This document shows positions 1 to 12,127 of a DNA stretch of 64,000 nucleotides, in pieces (within the stretch, counting starts at the first letter, position 1; every line of letters starts with the position of its first letter). The stretch comes from Mobula hypostoma (taxonomy: Eukaryota). The notes under the pieces were generated by a model. It had not been told where the DNA came from and did no database searches. It worked only from the letters and a program-made list of their open reading frames with translations. The DNA lies in the NCBI RefSeq assembly GCF_963921235.1, contig NC_086109.1, positions 22,818,001 to 22,882,000 of the forward strand, read 5' to 3'. A program made the position numbers and the translations under genes.

Positions 1-159
1 TTCAGTTACCTTGTTACCAATGGACTTGGTCTCTGTTCTCTCTTGTTTTGTGGCCCCTTATGGCATATTACTTTGCAGATTACTATTAAAGTTATCGCTA
101 ATCGCTGAATCGTATCTGCTGCTCTGCTTTTGTGTCAAGCCTTCTCTACGTTTCTGACA
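1..159 (+). mobile_element. 3' end of an LTR (Gypsy-like), truncated by window edge
   Basis: Pyrimidine-rich tract, ATTAAA at ~85, ends in TGACA at 155-159 directly against a CR1 fragment; typical LTR R/U5 end. Left end not visible. Confidence 0.4.
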
Positions 160-306
160 AGACACTCTTTGTTAGGCACATGGATGAAAAAAGATGGATG
201 GCTATGTGGAAGGAAAGGGTTAGGTTGATCTTAGAGTAGGTTAAAAAATTGACACAACATCATGGGCCGAAGGGCTTGTACTGTGCAGTACTGTTCTATA
301 TTCTCT
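160..306 (+). mobile_element. CR1 LINE 3' tail fragment
   Basis: GGCACATGGATG...GGGCCGAAGGGC.TGTACTGTGC..TACTGTTCTAT, the CR1 3' end motif seen repeatedly in this window. Confidence 0.75.
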
Positions 307-446
307 GTTTCATTGTCTTTTGTATATGTTGCTCGTAGCAAGGTTATGAAATGTGACAATCAGACAGACTATACTAATGGAAGGAGACAGTGATGACAAG
401 CAGACAGATAGAAAGTATCAATGACTTAACGTTCAGAATCAGGATT

Positions 447-695
447 TTATTTATTTATTGAGATAGGGCCTTCAAGCTGTGCTGCCAGCAATCCCCTGAT
501 TTAATCTTGGCCTAATCACGGGACAATTTACAATAACTCATTAACCTACTAACCAGTACGTCTTTGGACTGTGGGAGGAAACCCATGCGGACACAGAGAG
601 AACGTACAAACTCCTTACAGGCAGCAATGGGCATTGGACCCAGGCCACCTGTACTGTAAAGCGTTGTGCTAAACCACTATGCTACTATGCCACCG
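447..695 (-). mobile_element. V-domain tRNA-derived SINE (HE1-like)
   Basis: Minus strand: tRNA-like head, GGGTTTCCTCCCACAGTCCAAAGACGTAC core, (TAAA)n tail; several near-identical copies in window. Confidence 0.8.
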
Positions 696-749
696 GATTA
701 GTTTTTTATCACTAACGTGTCATGAAACACTGTTATGTGGAAGTGGTAC

Positions 750-1083
750 AGAACATAGAAATCTACAGCACATTATAGTACAGGCCCTTCGGCCCACACT
801 GTTGTGCTGACCATGTAACCTACTCTAGAAACTGCCTAGAATTTCCCTACTGCATAGCCCTTTATTTTTCTAAGCTCCATGTACCTACCTAAGAGTCTGT
901 TAAAAGACCCTGTTGCTATCCCCCTCCACCACCATCGCTGGCAGTGCATTGCACACACTCCCCATTCGCTCTGTGAAAAACTTACTTCCGACTTACCCCT
1001 TGTACCCACTTTCAAGCACCTTAGAACTATACCCCCTCGTGTTTGGCATTTTGGCCCTGGGGAAAAAGCCTCTGGCTATCCAC
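750..1083 (-). mobile_element. CR1 LINE 3' fragment
   Basis: AGAACATAGAA..CTACAGCAC..ACAGGCCCTTCGGCCCAC is the reverse complement of the CR1 3' end. Confidence 0.8.
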
Positions 1084-1119
1084 GTGCAATAAATACATTT
1101 TACTATAAATTACAGTAAG

Positions 1120-1146
1120 ATATATATATATATATATATATATATA
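1120..1146. repeat. (AT)n microsatellite
   Basis: Uninterrupted AT dinucleotide run. Confidence 0.95.
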
Positions 1147-1409
1147 AATTAAATAAGTTGTGCAAAAAAGCAGGCAGAAAAATCATGAGGTGGTGCTCAT
1201 GGCTTCACGATCCATTCAGAAATCTGATGGCAGACGGGCCGAAACTCTTCCTAAAAAAACAGAGTGCAAGACTTTAGGCTCCTGTACCTCCTCTCTGATG
1301 GTAGTAATGAGAAGAGGGCATTTCTAGATGCTGGGGTCCTTAATGATGGGCGCCCATCACCCAGGACGTTGATCATTAAGGACCACCTCCACCCATAATA
1401 TGATACTGA

Positions 1410-2480
1410 CGCTCGATTGAAAATGAGATATTGTTTATCAAGCTTATATTGGGCTCCATTGCAACAGAAAGGCAGGTTAGAATGGAAGTGGGATGAGTTG
1501 AAACTCAGGATCACCTCCATTGACTGAACATGGGTGCTCTGCAAACTAACCACTCAATCTGCATTTGGTTTCTGCAATGTGGCAGAGACCACATAATGAT
1601 CATCAAATGGAGCACACGAGATCAAAAGATGTGCAAGTGAATTGCTGACTTACCTAGAAAGACTGTTTTGGTCCCTGGAAGAGGAGAAAGGTCAGGAGTG
1701 ACATCTCCTGTTGTTCCATGTAAAAGTGCCATAATATGGGGAGTGGTTGGTCGGGATAGAAGAGTGGGATAAGGAGTTGTGGAAGAAGTGAACCCTTTGA
1801 TGGGTTAAAAAGGAGGAGGTATTTCCCGGTGGGATCTTGTTGGAGTAGGCGGAAATTACGGCAGATATGATTCATTCAATGCAGAAGTCAGTAAGGATCA
1901 GAGTGTTCTGTTCATTCAAAATCAGAATCATGTTCAACATCACTGGCCAATGTCATGAAATTTGTCGTTTTGTGGCAGCAGAATAATAAAAAAAACTATA
2001 AACTGCTACAATATATGTATAATATTACAAATAATTTAATTAAATACAGTGTAAAAAGAGAGCAAGAGACAAGAAAAAATAGTGAGTTAGTGTACATGGG
2101 TTCATTATCTATTCAGGAATCTGATGGTGGAGGGGAAGAAGTTGTTCCTGAAACATTGCGTGTCTCTCTTCAGGCTCCTGTACCTCCTCCTTGATGGTAG
2201 CAATGAGAAGAGGGCATGTCCTGGGTGATGGGAATCCTTAATGATGGATGCCACCTTTTGTAGGCATCGCCTTTCGAAAAAGCCCTCAATGACGTCCAAT
2301 AAAAAGGAGGAGAAATGAGAGTAGAGATAATGGAAATTGACGAGATGCAATCAAGGGCTTTGTTCACTGTTTCAGAGGGGAAGCCACTGTTCAGGTTGAA
2401 GAAAGGCATTTCAGGGGCACCTGTGTGGAATGTTTCCCTTTAAACAATGCTGCCTGATATGTTCGGGCTTTCAACATTTT
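1410..2480 (-). mobile_element. Penelope-like element remnant (RT thumb/linker/GIY-YIG), interrupted at ~1912-2297
   Basis: Degenerate peptides GFPSETVNKALDCIS, HICRNFRLLQQDPT, FQGPKQSF and FNSSHFHSNL..YKLDKQYLIF match the C-terminal half of vertebrate Penelope ORFs; terminal-repeat piece at ~2445-2480. Confidence 0.75.
1912..2297 (-). mobile_element. Rex1/Babar-type LINE 3' fragment
   Basis: ORF 2105..2350 SIIKDSHHPGHALFSLLPSRRRYRSLK..FRNNFFPSTIRFLN plus ATTCTG-type tail. Confidence 0.8.
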
Positions 2481-2846
2481 TTTTGTTTTTGTTCATTTTT
2501 GGCCATGCAGATAGGCAGTCAAGTTATTACATGTTGTGAATTCTAATCCACACTCATGTGCTATTACTTCCCAAAGGGCCCTGACATTGGTTAATTCCTA
2601 TTCTGTCTTTGGCTGTATCATCCAGAGAGGATAGGTTCCATCTCTTGAACATAGTTCTACTTATTCACTGCTCGACACTAATCCCTGAATGTACCAGCGA
2701 TAATTTTGCCTGTACTTCCATTTCAGGGCTCCTATTCCCTCAAGTACCCAGAGATTTCTCATGATACAAGCATAACTTCATCAGAGAAATGTAGCAATTG
2801 ATGAAAAATCATGAAGATCTGTCTAACATTGTTTTCTGCTATCCTG

Positions 2847-3675
2847 TGTCATGTGTGAAGCCAAGCAGAGCTGCAGAACGGATGATGCTAATGAAAGAGA
2901 TAAGGAAAGACAATGGAGAAACATTCAAAATGCTAATAAGAGAGAAGAGAGAGATTAACGAGAAAGAGACACAATTCAGATGTTGATGTCTGCCACAGAC
3001 CGTTTGCTTTGAACCTGAACTGTTTGAAGTTTGATGGACAGGTGATACCCCATCAGGGGGATAAAAATAGTGGGTTTGCTAAGGCATGACATACACGCCA
3101 CGAGACCCTGGAAAGAGCAGTGTGCCCCACAAGTTGGTGGGAGTTTGGAGGACCGGTTCATGGGAATTGGTCAGAGGCTCACAGGGTGTAAAGGTACGAT
3201 CAGTGGGAACCTGGTGTGTGCCCGCCCTTGCCTTGGTGCCGGCTTCACCATGGAAGAACGATCGCATCCGGAATGGAGGAGTCACAGTTGGTGACCCCAG
3301 CTCGATCAGGAGGCATCGAAAGGTTTGCCTGAAACCAACTGCATCTCTCTCTCTCTCTCTCTTTTTCTCTCTCTTTCCCCAACAGTACAACAACAGCGAT
3401 TACTTCGAACTGCACTAGACTGAACAGAACTCTGCTTCACCTTAAGACTGATCACTTTACCCCTAGACTGCGATAGAGCTTGGTTGATTCCTATTACCCT
3501 GTTTCTGTGTATATGTGTATACTATCATTGCTAACCTGTTACATTTATATCCTTGCAGCTAGTGTACTGTATTACTTATTTCATTAATAAAACTTTATTA
3601 GTTCCTAGTAATCACAGACTCCAACGAGTGTTCCATTTCTGCTGGTTTGGCAACCCAGTTACGGGATACGTAACA
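2847..3675 (+). mobile_element. Solo LTR (829 bp)
   Basis: TGT...ACA ends with imperfect terminal inverted repeat, exact 4-bp TSD CCTG (2843-2846 and 3676-3679), TATA-like GATAAAAA at ~3060, AATAAA at 3586-3591. Confidence 0.85.
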
Positions 3676-4896
3676 CCTGGTAGTAGCATAATAAAGAATC
3701 TGTTGTACAATGGCAATACTCCATCACTATCCCTCTATAACAAACTCAGGTATGAGTAGAGCAAAATTCCTAGTAGTAAAGTACCAAGCCACCTACTCCT
3801 GCGAAGTACAAGGAGGAAAGCTACAGGGAAAGGGATGTAATGAGACAGGCAATGCTGTGCAAAAGAACAAAGAGGCTGAAGACTTAACTTCTTGTTAAGT
3901 GAAATTCCCACAGCATCTCTGCTCCCTCACTGGAATTCTCCGCACATACTCTTTGCCACTTTTAACCATATCCAGATTCTAGGCCATAGCAAGGCTTCAG
4001 ACGTAAGTGGAAATCAGTCTCCCAGATGCTGCTGGGTCATCAACAGATGCTGTATCTGTAGTGCTGAAAATAAGTGGGAATAAATAAGACTACAGTGAGC
4101 GGTCTTTGATCAGCAAAATTAATTAATTGCTGAATTTCTATAACACTTACCATCTCCCAACTTCTCAAATATCTAGAGAGCACTTCCTCTAATTGGCATT
4201 CTTTTTCCTTTCCTTATTTGGCTATGAGAAACTGTTTCCTCAGCTATGCCAATTAGTAGAAAGATTGTGCCTTTCCAACAATGCAATAAAACTGCACTCT
4301 AAAGTTAACATACAGTTAATGAACAAAACTCAAAGAGTATCTAATAGGGTTAGGAAGAGTTTAAAATTTGCTCTTGTGAACGGTCATTTTCTGCTCCTTC
4401 ACTAATCGTCCTAAAGATATGTCTATAATGTGCTAATGAGCAATAAGTGATTTTAATATGAGTCGGTACTGTGAGAGCAACTAAGTACACAACAAGCAGA
4501 AGCAAGAGTTAACCCTTCAGCTCCTAATGCCTGCTCTGCCTTTGAGTGAGATCATTGCTAGTCATCACTATCCTGCAAAAAACCCAGAAACCTTGAGGTT
4601 TCGAATACTGCATTCTACAATCTATCATTTTCTTGCCATTTCACAGATGTACATGAACTTTGACAGTCTGCTTTGATGTTTCTCTCTAAATTATCCCTGT
4701 GTTCTACTTTATCTTTCCCCTTCAAGGATCCTTACTTGCTGAATTCTGAAATTTTCCAGACCTCAGGCTTACTGGTCATTTTGGCAATATTATGAAACTT
4801 TCTTTCGACAAACAAACAAACTTTAACTTCTCTTGTTATCTATGGTTGTACCACATTTTGCACTGGAATTTTGAGTCTTAAAGAAATATTAATTCT

Positions 4897-5688
4897 GGGG
4901 AAGATGGCGCCAGTGAACAGCACAACCAAGGGTGACATCGTTCAGATGGTTCATGAAAGTACTTTTCTCTTTCAAGTGTGATTCTGCTATAGTTGGAGCC
5001 TGTGATCTACATTTTGGTGGTGTGTTTTCAGGCTGATTGAGTGATCTGGCACTTTGCTGTCTCCGAGGGAATTTGGTGAGGTTTCAAGAAGTTTGGAGAC
5101 CATAATCGATTCCATTTCTTTTCTTTCTTTCTTTCTTTCCTTCTTTCTTTCTTTCTCTCTCCCTCTCCCTCCCTCCTCTGCCTCTCCTTCTCTCTGTCTC
5201 TCCCTCCCCCTCTCTCTATCTCCCTCTCTCTCCCTGATGCTCAATGCTGCCAGAGGATAGTGCTGGAGTCCTGAGTCTTGGACAGGGTTTACCTGACGTG
5301 GTTTGTGGGTTGAACTCTGTAGTTCACATTATGGTGTGTTTCTGCTTTCTGGTCTCTCCATTTCTGTTGCTATTTTGTGCGATTTTGATCGGGGTCAGCT
5401 GGCTCTGCAGCCTGACGTTAACAAACGACACAGTGCTAGCTGAACTGAACTGAATATGCCTGGACTGGTAAAATGACTCCTGGAATGGTGTTTTAAATTC
5501 TGCGCTTTTCACTCTTCTTTTGCCGTGTGCGCAATTTGTTCTTCTTCTTTTGCGTGTTGGGCTTTTGATGTTTTTCTTTGAACAGGTTACATAGTTTTCT
5601 TACATTGTTTCATGGCTGTCTGTGGGAAGACAAATCTCAGGGTTGTATACTGCATACATACTCTGGTAATAAATTAACTTTGAACTTA
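4897..5688 (+). mobile_element. Non-autonomous retroelement with AAGATGGCG 5' end and (TTTGAAC)-type tail
   Basis: Starts GGGAAGATGGCGCC; ends ATCTCAGGGTTGTATA...AATAAA..CTTTGAACTT; the same 3' end recurs at ~59870-59960. Contains a CT-rich microsatellite. Confidence 0.6.
5115..5234. repeat. (TTTC)n/(CT)n polypyrimidine microsatellite
   Basis: Seen directly; explains low-complexity ORFs 4987..5244 and 5054..5260. Confidence 0.95.
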
Positions 5689-5694
5689 GATGTA

Positions 5695-6268
5695 CACTTG
5701 GTGACCACTTTATTAGGTACACCTGTGCAGAGGCGCGTTCATGCAAATATCTAATTAGTCAATCACGTTACAGCAATGCAACGTGATAGTAAAAAACATG
5801 CAGACATGGTCATGAGATTCAGTTGCAATTCAGACCAAACATCAGAATGGGGAAGGTATGTGATCTAAGTGTATTTGATGGAATGATTATTGGTGCCCAA
5901 GGAGGTGATTTGAGTATTTCAGATACTGCTGATCTCCTGGAATTCTCATACACAACTGTCTCTAGAGTTTACAGAGAATGGTGCATGAGACAACAGAAAA
6001 AAGATCCAGTGAGCAGCAATTCTGTGAGCGAAAACACTTTGTTAATGAGAAAGGTCGGGGAGAATGGCCAGGCTATTTCAAGCTGACAGGAAGGCAACAG
6101 TAACAACGCATTACAACAGTGGAGTGCAGAACAGCATCTCTGAATGCACAACTCATCGCACCTTGAAGTGAATGGGCTACAGCAACAGAAGTCCACGAAC
6201 ATACAGAAATACTCTCGGTGGTCACATAATTAGGTACCTCTTGTACGTAATTAAGTGGCCACTGAGTG
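5695..6268 (+). mobile_element. Internally deleted Tc1/mariner DNA transposon
   Basis: TIRs CACTTGGTGACCACTTTATTAGGTAC / GTACGTAATTAAGTGGCCACTGAGTG, flanking TA on both sides; transposase N-terminal HTH remnant MGKVCDLSVFDGMIIGA..SISDTADLLEFSYTTVSRVYREW; extra TIR copy at ~6210-6240. Confidence 0.85.
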
Positions 6269-6288
6269 TATATTTGCTGTAAACAATG

Positions 6289-7985
6289 TCAGAATCGGAA
6301 TCAGGTTTAATATCACTGGTGTAACCCTCAGGTTGGCCGGTGGCATTAGTCTAAGGGAAGACGGTCTATGGCCCCACCAAACTTGTGAAACCTCATTTGT
6401 GTGGAGGCTGTGTGATGTGTTACCCTGTTACAAATCAGCACCACGAAATAACACCGTATGCAATTAAATGATTGAGCTTTATAATTCTTAATTTGACTGT
6501 AGGGTGAGTGAAGAAGACAAAAAGAAAAAGGCCCATTTTAATGAAACAGTCTAACGTGCACGTTGGAGCTCACAGTTTGTCATCCACCAGTCCTTCATCG
6601 ATTTCCCCCCGCCCCCCTGGGCAGTGTCGACTCCCGGCCCAATTCCAAGTCCACCCTGTCCTGCAGTCTACGACCTCTCCATTCTGGCATCGTATCAAAG
6701 GACATCGAACAACTTGCTCTCAGGCACACAACAAGAAAAAAACACTCCCTTCATTGGATGGCGGAACATTCCTAAGCCCCCGTTATCTCTAGTCATAACT
6801 CAAATACTGCTGCTACAGAACAAGCATTACATTAGCAGTAAAACCTTTCCCAGGGCATTACACTGACATATGTCATGAAATTTGTTAACTACGAGCCAAC
6901 AGTACAATACATGATAAATGTAGAGAAAAAGACTGAAGTACAGTAAGTTTATACTGCATTTATATTAAATAGTTAAATTATTATAAGTAGTGGAAAACCA
7001 GAAATAAAAAACTAGTGAGGTAGTGTTCATGGGTTCAATGCCCATTTAGAAATTGGATGGCAGAGGGGAAGAAGCTGTTCCTGAATCGCTGAGTGTGTGA
7101 TTTCAGGCTTCTCTACCTTCTTCCTGATGGTAACAATGATAAGAGGGCATGTCCTGGGTGGTGGAAACCCTTAATGATAAAAGTGGCCTTTCTGAGGCAC
7201 CGCTCCTTGAAGATGTCTTGGATGTTACAGAGGTTAGTATCCATGATGGACCAGACTAATTTTACAACTCTCTGCAGCTTACTTCGATCTAATACAGTAG
7301 CTCCACACCACCACCCGCCCCCCCCCCCACCATACCAACTTAGTGATACAGCCTGTCAGAATACTCTCCATGGTACATCTGTAGAAGTCTTTGAGTCTTT
7401 CAGGTGACAAATCAAACCTCCTCAAATTCCTAATGAGATATAGCAGCCATCTTTATAGCTTCATCGATATGTTGGGACCAGGTTAGTTCCTCAGAGATAG
7501 TGACTGCGAGGAACGTCAAATTGCTCACTCTCTCTACTTCAGATCCCTCTATGAGAATTAGTTTATGTTCCCTTGTCCTACCCTTTCTGAAGTCCACAGT
7601 CAGTTCTTTGGTCTTACAGACTTTGAGTGCCAAGTTGTTGCTGCAACACCACTCAACTATCTGGTGTATCTCGCTCCTGTGTGCCCTTTTGGCTCCATCT
7701 CCGATTCTGCCAACAATGGATGTATCATCAGCAAATTCATAGATGGCATTTGCGCCATGTCTAGCCACACTGTCATGGGTGTAGAAAGAGTAGAGCAGGG
7801 GACTAAGCACACATCTCTGAGGTGTGACAAAGTTGATTGTCAGCTAGATGCTATTACCAATCCACACTTATTGTGGTCTTCCCGCAACAAGCCCAGGTTA
7901 TGTAGCTTTTCGATCAGTGCTGTAGTAATGATGGTGTTACATGCTGAGCTATAGTCAATAAACAGCACCATGACATAGGTATTAT
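6289..7985 (-). mobile_element. Rex1/Babar-type LINE RT fragment, split by a solo LTR
   Basis: ORF 7430..7810 LSPLLYSFYTHD..YEFADDTSIVG..WCCSNNLAL..KTKELTVDFRK; tail at 6289-6305; sequence resumes at 6863. Confidence 0.85.
6320..6862. mobile_element. Solo LTR (543 bp)
   Basis: TGTAA...TTACA termini, TSD CTGG/CTGA (one mismatch); removing it restores the LINE 3' UTR motif TATCACTG(G)CATATGTCATGAAA. Orientation uncertain. Confidence 0.8.
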
Positions 7986-8985
7986 TTTTTGGATTTTTTT
8001 GCATGTGTATTAATGTATCTTTTTTTTTGGAATAACAATAACCAGCACACTATTGACATATATACCTGGTCTACCACAGCTAGGTCACACTTCTTACTTG
8101 TTTACACTAAAGATTTTCAATTGAAGTGTTTCAATTTCCAACTTTCTATAAAATTCTTTAGTTTGATCACTCTTCCCTAAAGAGCCCTTAATTCAGGTTG
8201 TTGGTTAACTCTTTCCCATTGAACAATACTAGATTTAAAATAGCTTGTTTCTTCATCAGTTTTTCAATATACTGATATAAAATATCGACCCTGGTTGCTA
8301 ATTTAGTGTTTCCTGTGTACATGTAGATCGGTGTATTATCTTTTTTAACTTCCTGGTGCATACTATGCACAATATTGCTATTATGGCTTATCAGTGCTTT
8401 CTGGCTCTCACAGTTTCTTAGCACCACCACCTAAAAGTATTATATTTCTCCATTCTCCAAGTTAATATCCTTTTTTTTCTCAACTGTTCTAATTATGAAA
8501 GCTTCCTACTTCCTTCTCTACTTTGCTTGTTTCTTTTGAAGTTAAATATCCTGGAATATTTAATTCAACCACCTCTAAATAACAACTATAAGATCACATC
8601 TATTTAGTTTTACTTGTGCCATTAATTCACCTGTTCATCAACTTTGTTAGGATTGTAGAACAGTCACTTAATTATCCAGGAAGAGTCAAGAGATTGCAGA
8701 TATTGGAATCTAGAGAACTCAGACTGGGAACAGACATCAAAAAATAAGAACATATTTTTTTCCAATACAGTATTTGCAGTTTGATGGCTACACTTCATGA
8801 AACAATAACGATATCTGAAGTCAAAGTCTCAAAGCGCTAATGTGGGATTTGATGTCTCATTTCCTGATTATTCCAGTCTTTCTCAACAATCATATGAGTA
8901 AACAATATCATTAATTAAGAACAACAGTTAATCTAATCTCCACTTTAAAACTAACTATCTTAGAGTTACAAGACTGCGGCGCGTA

Positions 8986-9018
8986 TACACACACACTCAC
9001 ACATACACACACACACAC
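8986..9018. repeat. (CA)n microsatellite, imperfect
   Basis: Seen directly. Confidence 0.9.
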
Positions 9019-9819
9019 CAGGGCAGATGTGAGCAGGGAGAAGATGAGATAAAATAGAAAGAAAGCTATCAGCAGCAGTTTTGAAACTTACAGATGGCAT
9101 TATGAAAGCAAGGCTGAATAAAGTGAGGAGATTTGAGACCATCAGAAGCACTAAATTAAAATGCAACATATCAATTTAAAGAGGATAAAGATACAGGGAG
9201 GATGGACAGGATTGAGACCTACAGTAATGTCCCATGGAAGATTAGATATTGATACGTCTCCTTTATTCCCTTCAAACACTCTTAAGGCAGATACAATGCA
9301 AACTAAGTATCATCTTCTTCCAGGAAATATTTCTAGAATAGGTACAGCATGTATTAGACACTGAATTAATCTGCTTTTAAACTTTCTGATCTATATGGCT
9401 AGGACAGTTACAGAATGGGTTAGATGAAGAGTAAAGCTGATTCTAAACTCCTAATCCAGTGATAGCATACAATAAATCTCATTCAACAATGTTGTATCAA
9501 ACATCTTTAGCAAAGTTTAGATACATAATAAAACTGACTCTGCACTTTCTTATCTAATATTTGTTCCATGCAGAAACCTCCATCTACTTCTAAATCTATA
9601 TTGTATCATGTAAATTTAACTCTAGCCACCGAACTCTACCATCTGTCCCTCACCACAGAATTGTGCCACTGTCAAAGTCTGCATCCAAGCATTCTCAGAG
9701 TGGCTAAGAGTAGGACTGCACTAATTTCTTGGAAACAAATTCAAGCCTTCCGGCTCCATTGTAGAACTAAGGGATGCCGCATTGTTGGAGATGATTTCTT
9801 TCAGACAAGAATTTAAATC

Positions 9820-10045
9820 AAGGCACAATATCTCTTCCAAAATGGGCATAAAAGATTCCACAACATCCAGTGTCCCAGAATAAACAGCTAAAGCAAGTAG
9901 TGTTGTCATTTAACCCTTTGTGTTCATGTGATATTGCAGCATATATATTGGCTGCTATGTTCACTACAAAAATGAGTACACATCATTTGGTTGTCCCAGT
10001 CAGTTTCAGCATCTAACAAGGTGAAAGCCACGATATAAATTGAAA
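9820..10045 (+). mobile_element. Old Deu-domain SINE remnant (SacSINE1/AmnSINE1-like)
   Basis: ATTGGCTGCTATGTT..ACTACA...TTTGGTTG..GTGAAAG..CGATATAAAT resembles the DeuSINE 3' region; reverse-complement relatives at 15112 and 16405. Confidence 0.5.
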
Positions 10046-10409
10046 CCTTTTATTTCAATTTCCACTGCAACTGTCAGATTTTCATACAGAATAGAAGAGG
10101 AAAAGAGAAAAATCAGGAACAAAAATCAGATGCAGCTGTAACTTAGGAAGAGAAACAAGGTCAACACACAGGTCAAGGACAATGGGAGTAATGGTGAGTG
10201 ATGCCACTGAGATGAAAAGAGAAGATGGTTGGGTCAGACTGAGATCAGAACCTCTCTTCAGAGCAGTATTTGATGAGAATATGGTGAGAATGAGCAAAGG
10301 AATTAAAGGGGGATTTGTGATTTGCGGGTGGAGAGAACTTGGTGGGGTCTGTTTCTGTGTTGTACATCACTATGATTTGAGGAAAGGCTTTGAACTATTA
10401 ATCAAATTG

Positions 10410-10550
10410 CCACATCCCTCCCCTTTCAAATTTACTCCTCAGTTTTTTTTTCTCCAGTCCTGCCGAAGGGTGTTGGCTCGAAACATTGACTGCTTTTTTC
10501 CATAGATGCTGCCAGGCCTGCTGAGTTCCTCCAGCATTTTGTCTGGGTTG
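10410..10550 (+). mobile_element. Penelope-like 3' terminal repeat with degenerate hammerhead motif
   Basis: CAGTC-CTGCCGA-AGGGTGTTGGCTC-GAAACATT-GACTG (10455-10492) followed by AGATGCTGCC..CCTGCTGAGTTCCTCCAGCATTTTG. Confidence 0.75.
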
Positions 10551-11529
10551 GTCACACTTTAAAAGTATTTAAAGAGAAATGCTATGATATTTTAATTTTT
10601 CACTCCATTCCCACTTTAACCTATCTATTTGTGGCTTCATGCAATATTACAAAGAGGACCAGCCTCTTGAGGAAGAGTACGTCATCTTCACAGTCTTCCA
10701 GACTCAACAGTGAAGTCTGCGAATGGGGGTAACTTGCTTTCTCGATCTGAACATTTCTAGTCAAAGTTGGATGTTTCTCTTGTAAATCAGGCATCTGAGA
10801 TATTGGTTCAGTTTTAATCTGTCTATTGGCACAGACTGATTTCCTATGCATTTGCAAAAAAGTTGAACTTCCATAGCATTTTGCACTCCTTCATTTGAAT
10901 TATTACTCCCCATCAGTTACTATTAACCCACTGATCGCTCCACACCAAACGGCTAAACTTGACCTCTCCATGGATATTCCTTATGCCCTATCTACCCATT
11001 CCCCCGCCTTCTCTGCAACTGAAAGCTGAATTAATTTTCTCTCTTTACCCAAAACATTAACTCTCCTTTCTTTTCACCGACACTGCACGAGTCCCTCCAG
11101 CATTTTCTGCTTCAGTTTCAGATTTGCAACATCCACAGCTCTTCTTTTTAATTTTGTTGCAATAACATTTCTAGTAATATTGACTAATTACAAAAAGCCA
11201 CTTGGTGCTCAATTACATCGGGGACAATTTTAATATCCACTCTTCGATGACTGGTCTTTCAATCCAGTTAAGAAGTTTATAACTTTCTAATCAGATTTCA
11301 ACACTGCAATCTTCAAGGGGGTTTAAAATTCCTTTTAATTAAAGAGGAAATTAGCAAAAATACTGCAGTTAAAGATATTATGGGGAAGGGAGAGCTAACG
11401 AAATACGTTTATTGATCGAAACCTCTAAATGATTGTGTTTTTTTTTTCTCTTTCGTGGACATTGCAAAGATGGTGAGAGTACTGCAGTCACTTGGGCAAT
11501 AAACCAGTCATTCAATGGGTTAACTAAAG

Positions 11530-11625
11530 GTTGCACTAATTGGATGGCAGGCTACAGCGAGATTGGCCAATGGGACGGCGAAGCTGCGGCTTCCCCTGAT
11601 GGATGTTTCTCTCCTCCAATCGGGA
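11530..11625 (+). promoter_or_regulatory. Probable AMIGO1 core promoter with multiple CCAAT (NF-Y) boxes
   Basis: ATTGG at ~11539, GATTGGCCAATGG at ~11561-11573 and CCAATC at ~11616, at the start of a CpG-enriched, TE-free segment upstream of the CDS. Confidence 0.6.
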
Positions 11626-11649
11626 TAGAGCGAAGAGGAGAGAAATAAA

Positions 11650-12127
11650 CAATCTTGTCACTTGCGGAGAGCCGAGTGCGCAGAGAGCTGAATGAGGAGC
11701 TCAGAAGAGGGAAGCACCGCATTCTCAACCTGGGATCGTCCGCTGGAGTCTCTGTCGGATTTCTGTTGCGGTCTGGTTTGCTGGCAGGGGTTTCCTGGTG
11801 CCCGCACTCGCTCCCTTGCTGCCAACCATCCGAAGAAGTCTTTGCTTCCTGCTGCCGCCTCCCGTTGCAAACCATCGTCCTTCCATCCCATCTAAGACAC
11901 ATATATTCGTCTTTGCTTTATTTTTGTTTAAAAGATGGTGAAGACGTCGTGAGACGCTTGAGGGGCTGTTATTGCCCCTGCTGTTGCCGCAATATTGAAA
12001 TGTTGATCCGCATTTAAAAGGGACCTGGCTGGAAGGTGATTAACCTAGTGCCGTGAAACCACCTCTGATGTCCAACGAAAGGAACCTCCTTCAGGAGAAG
12101 CAATCAGAATATTTATTTTTGCAACCA
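11650..12127 (+). other. AMIGO1: Probable non-coding exon 1 of AMIGO1 (start approximate)
   Basis: CpG-rich; ends at consensus donor CCA|GTAAGT (12128-12133); candidate acceptors CTCTCTCCAG (AG 12331-12332) or CTCCAG (12295-12296). AMIGO genes typically have a 5'-UTR intron. Confidence 0.55.

Larger units (their letters stand above)
432..1405 (-). mobile_element. Rex1/Babar-type LINE 3' fragment, interrupted by a SINE and a CR1
   Basis: (ATTCTG)-type tail at 432-442; RT C-terminal remnant ALFSLLPSERRYRSLK in ORF 1251..1553; pieces resume at ~696-750 and ~1084-1405. Confidence 0.75.

Noticed and set aside
4987..5260. RE/KE-rich and SL-rich ORFs
   Set aside because: Translations of a CT microsatellite.
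11552..12017. 116-120 aa ORFs in the promoter/exon 1 region
   Set aside because: Non-ATG or context-poor starts, GC-rich UTR sequence, no protein family features.
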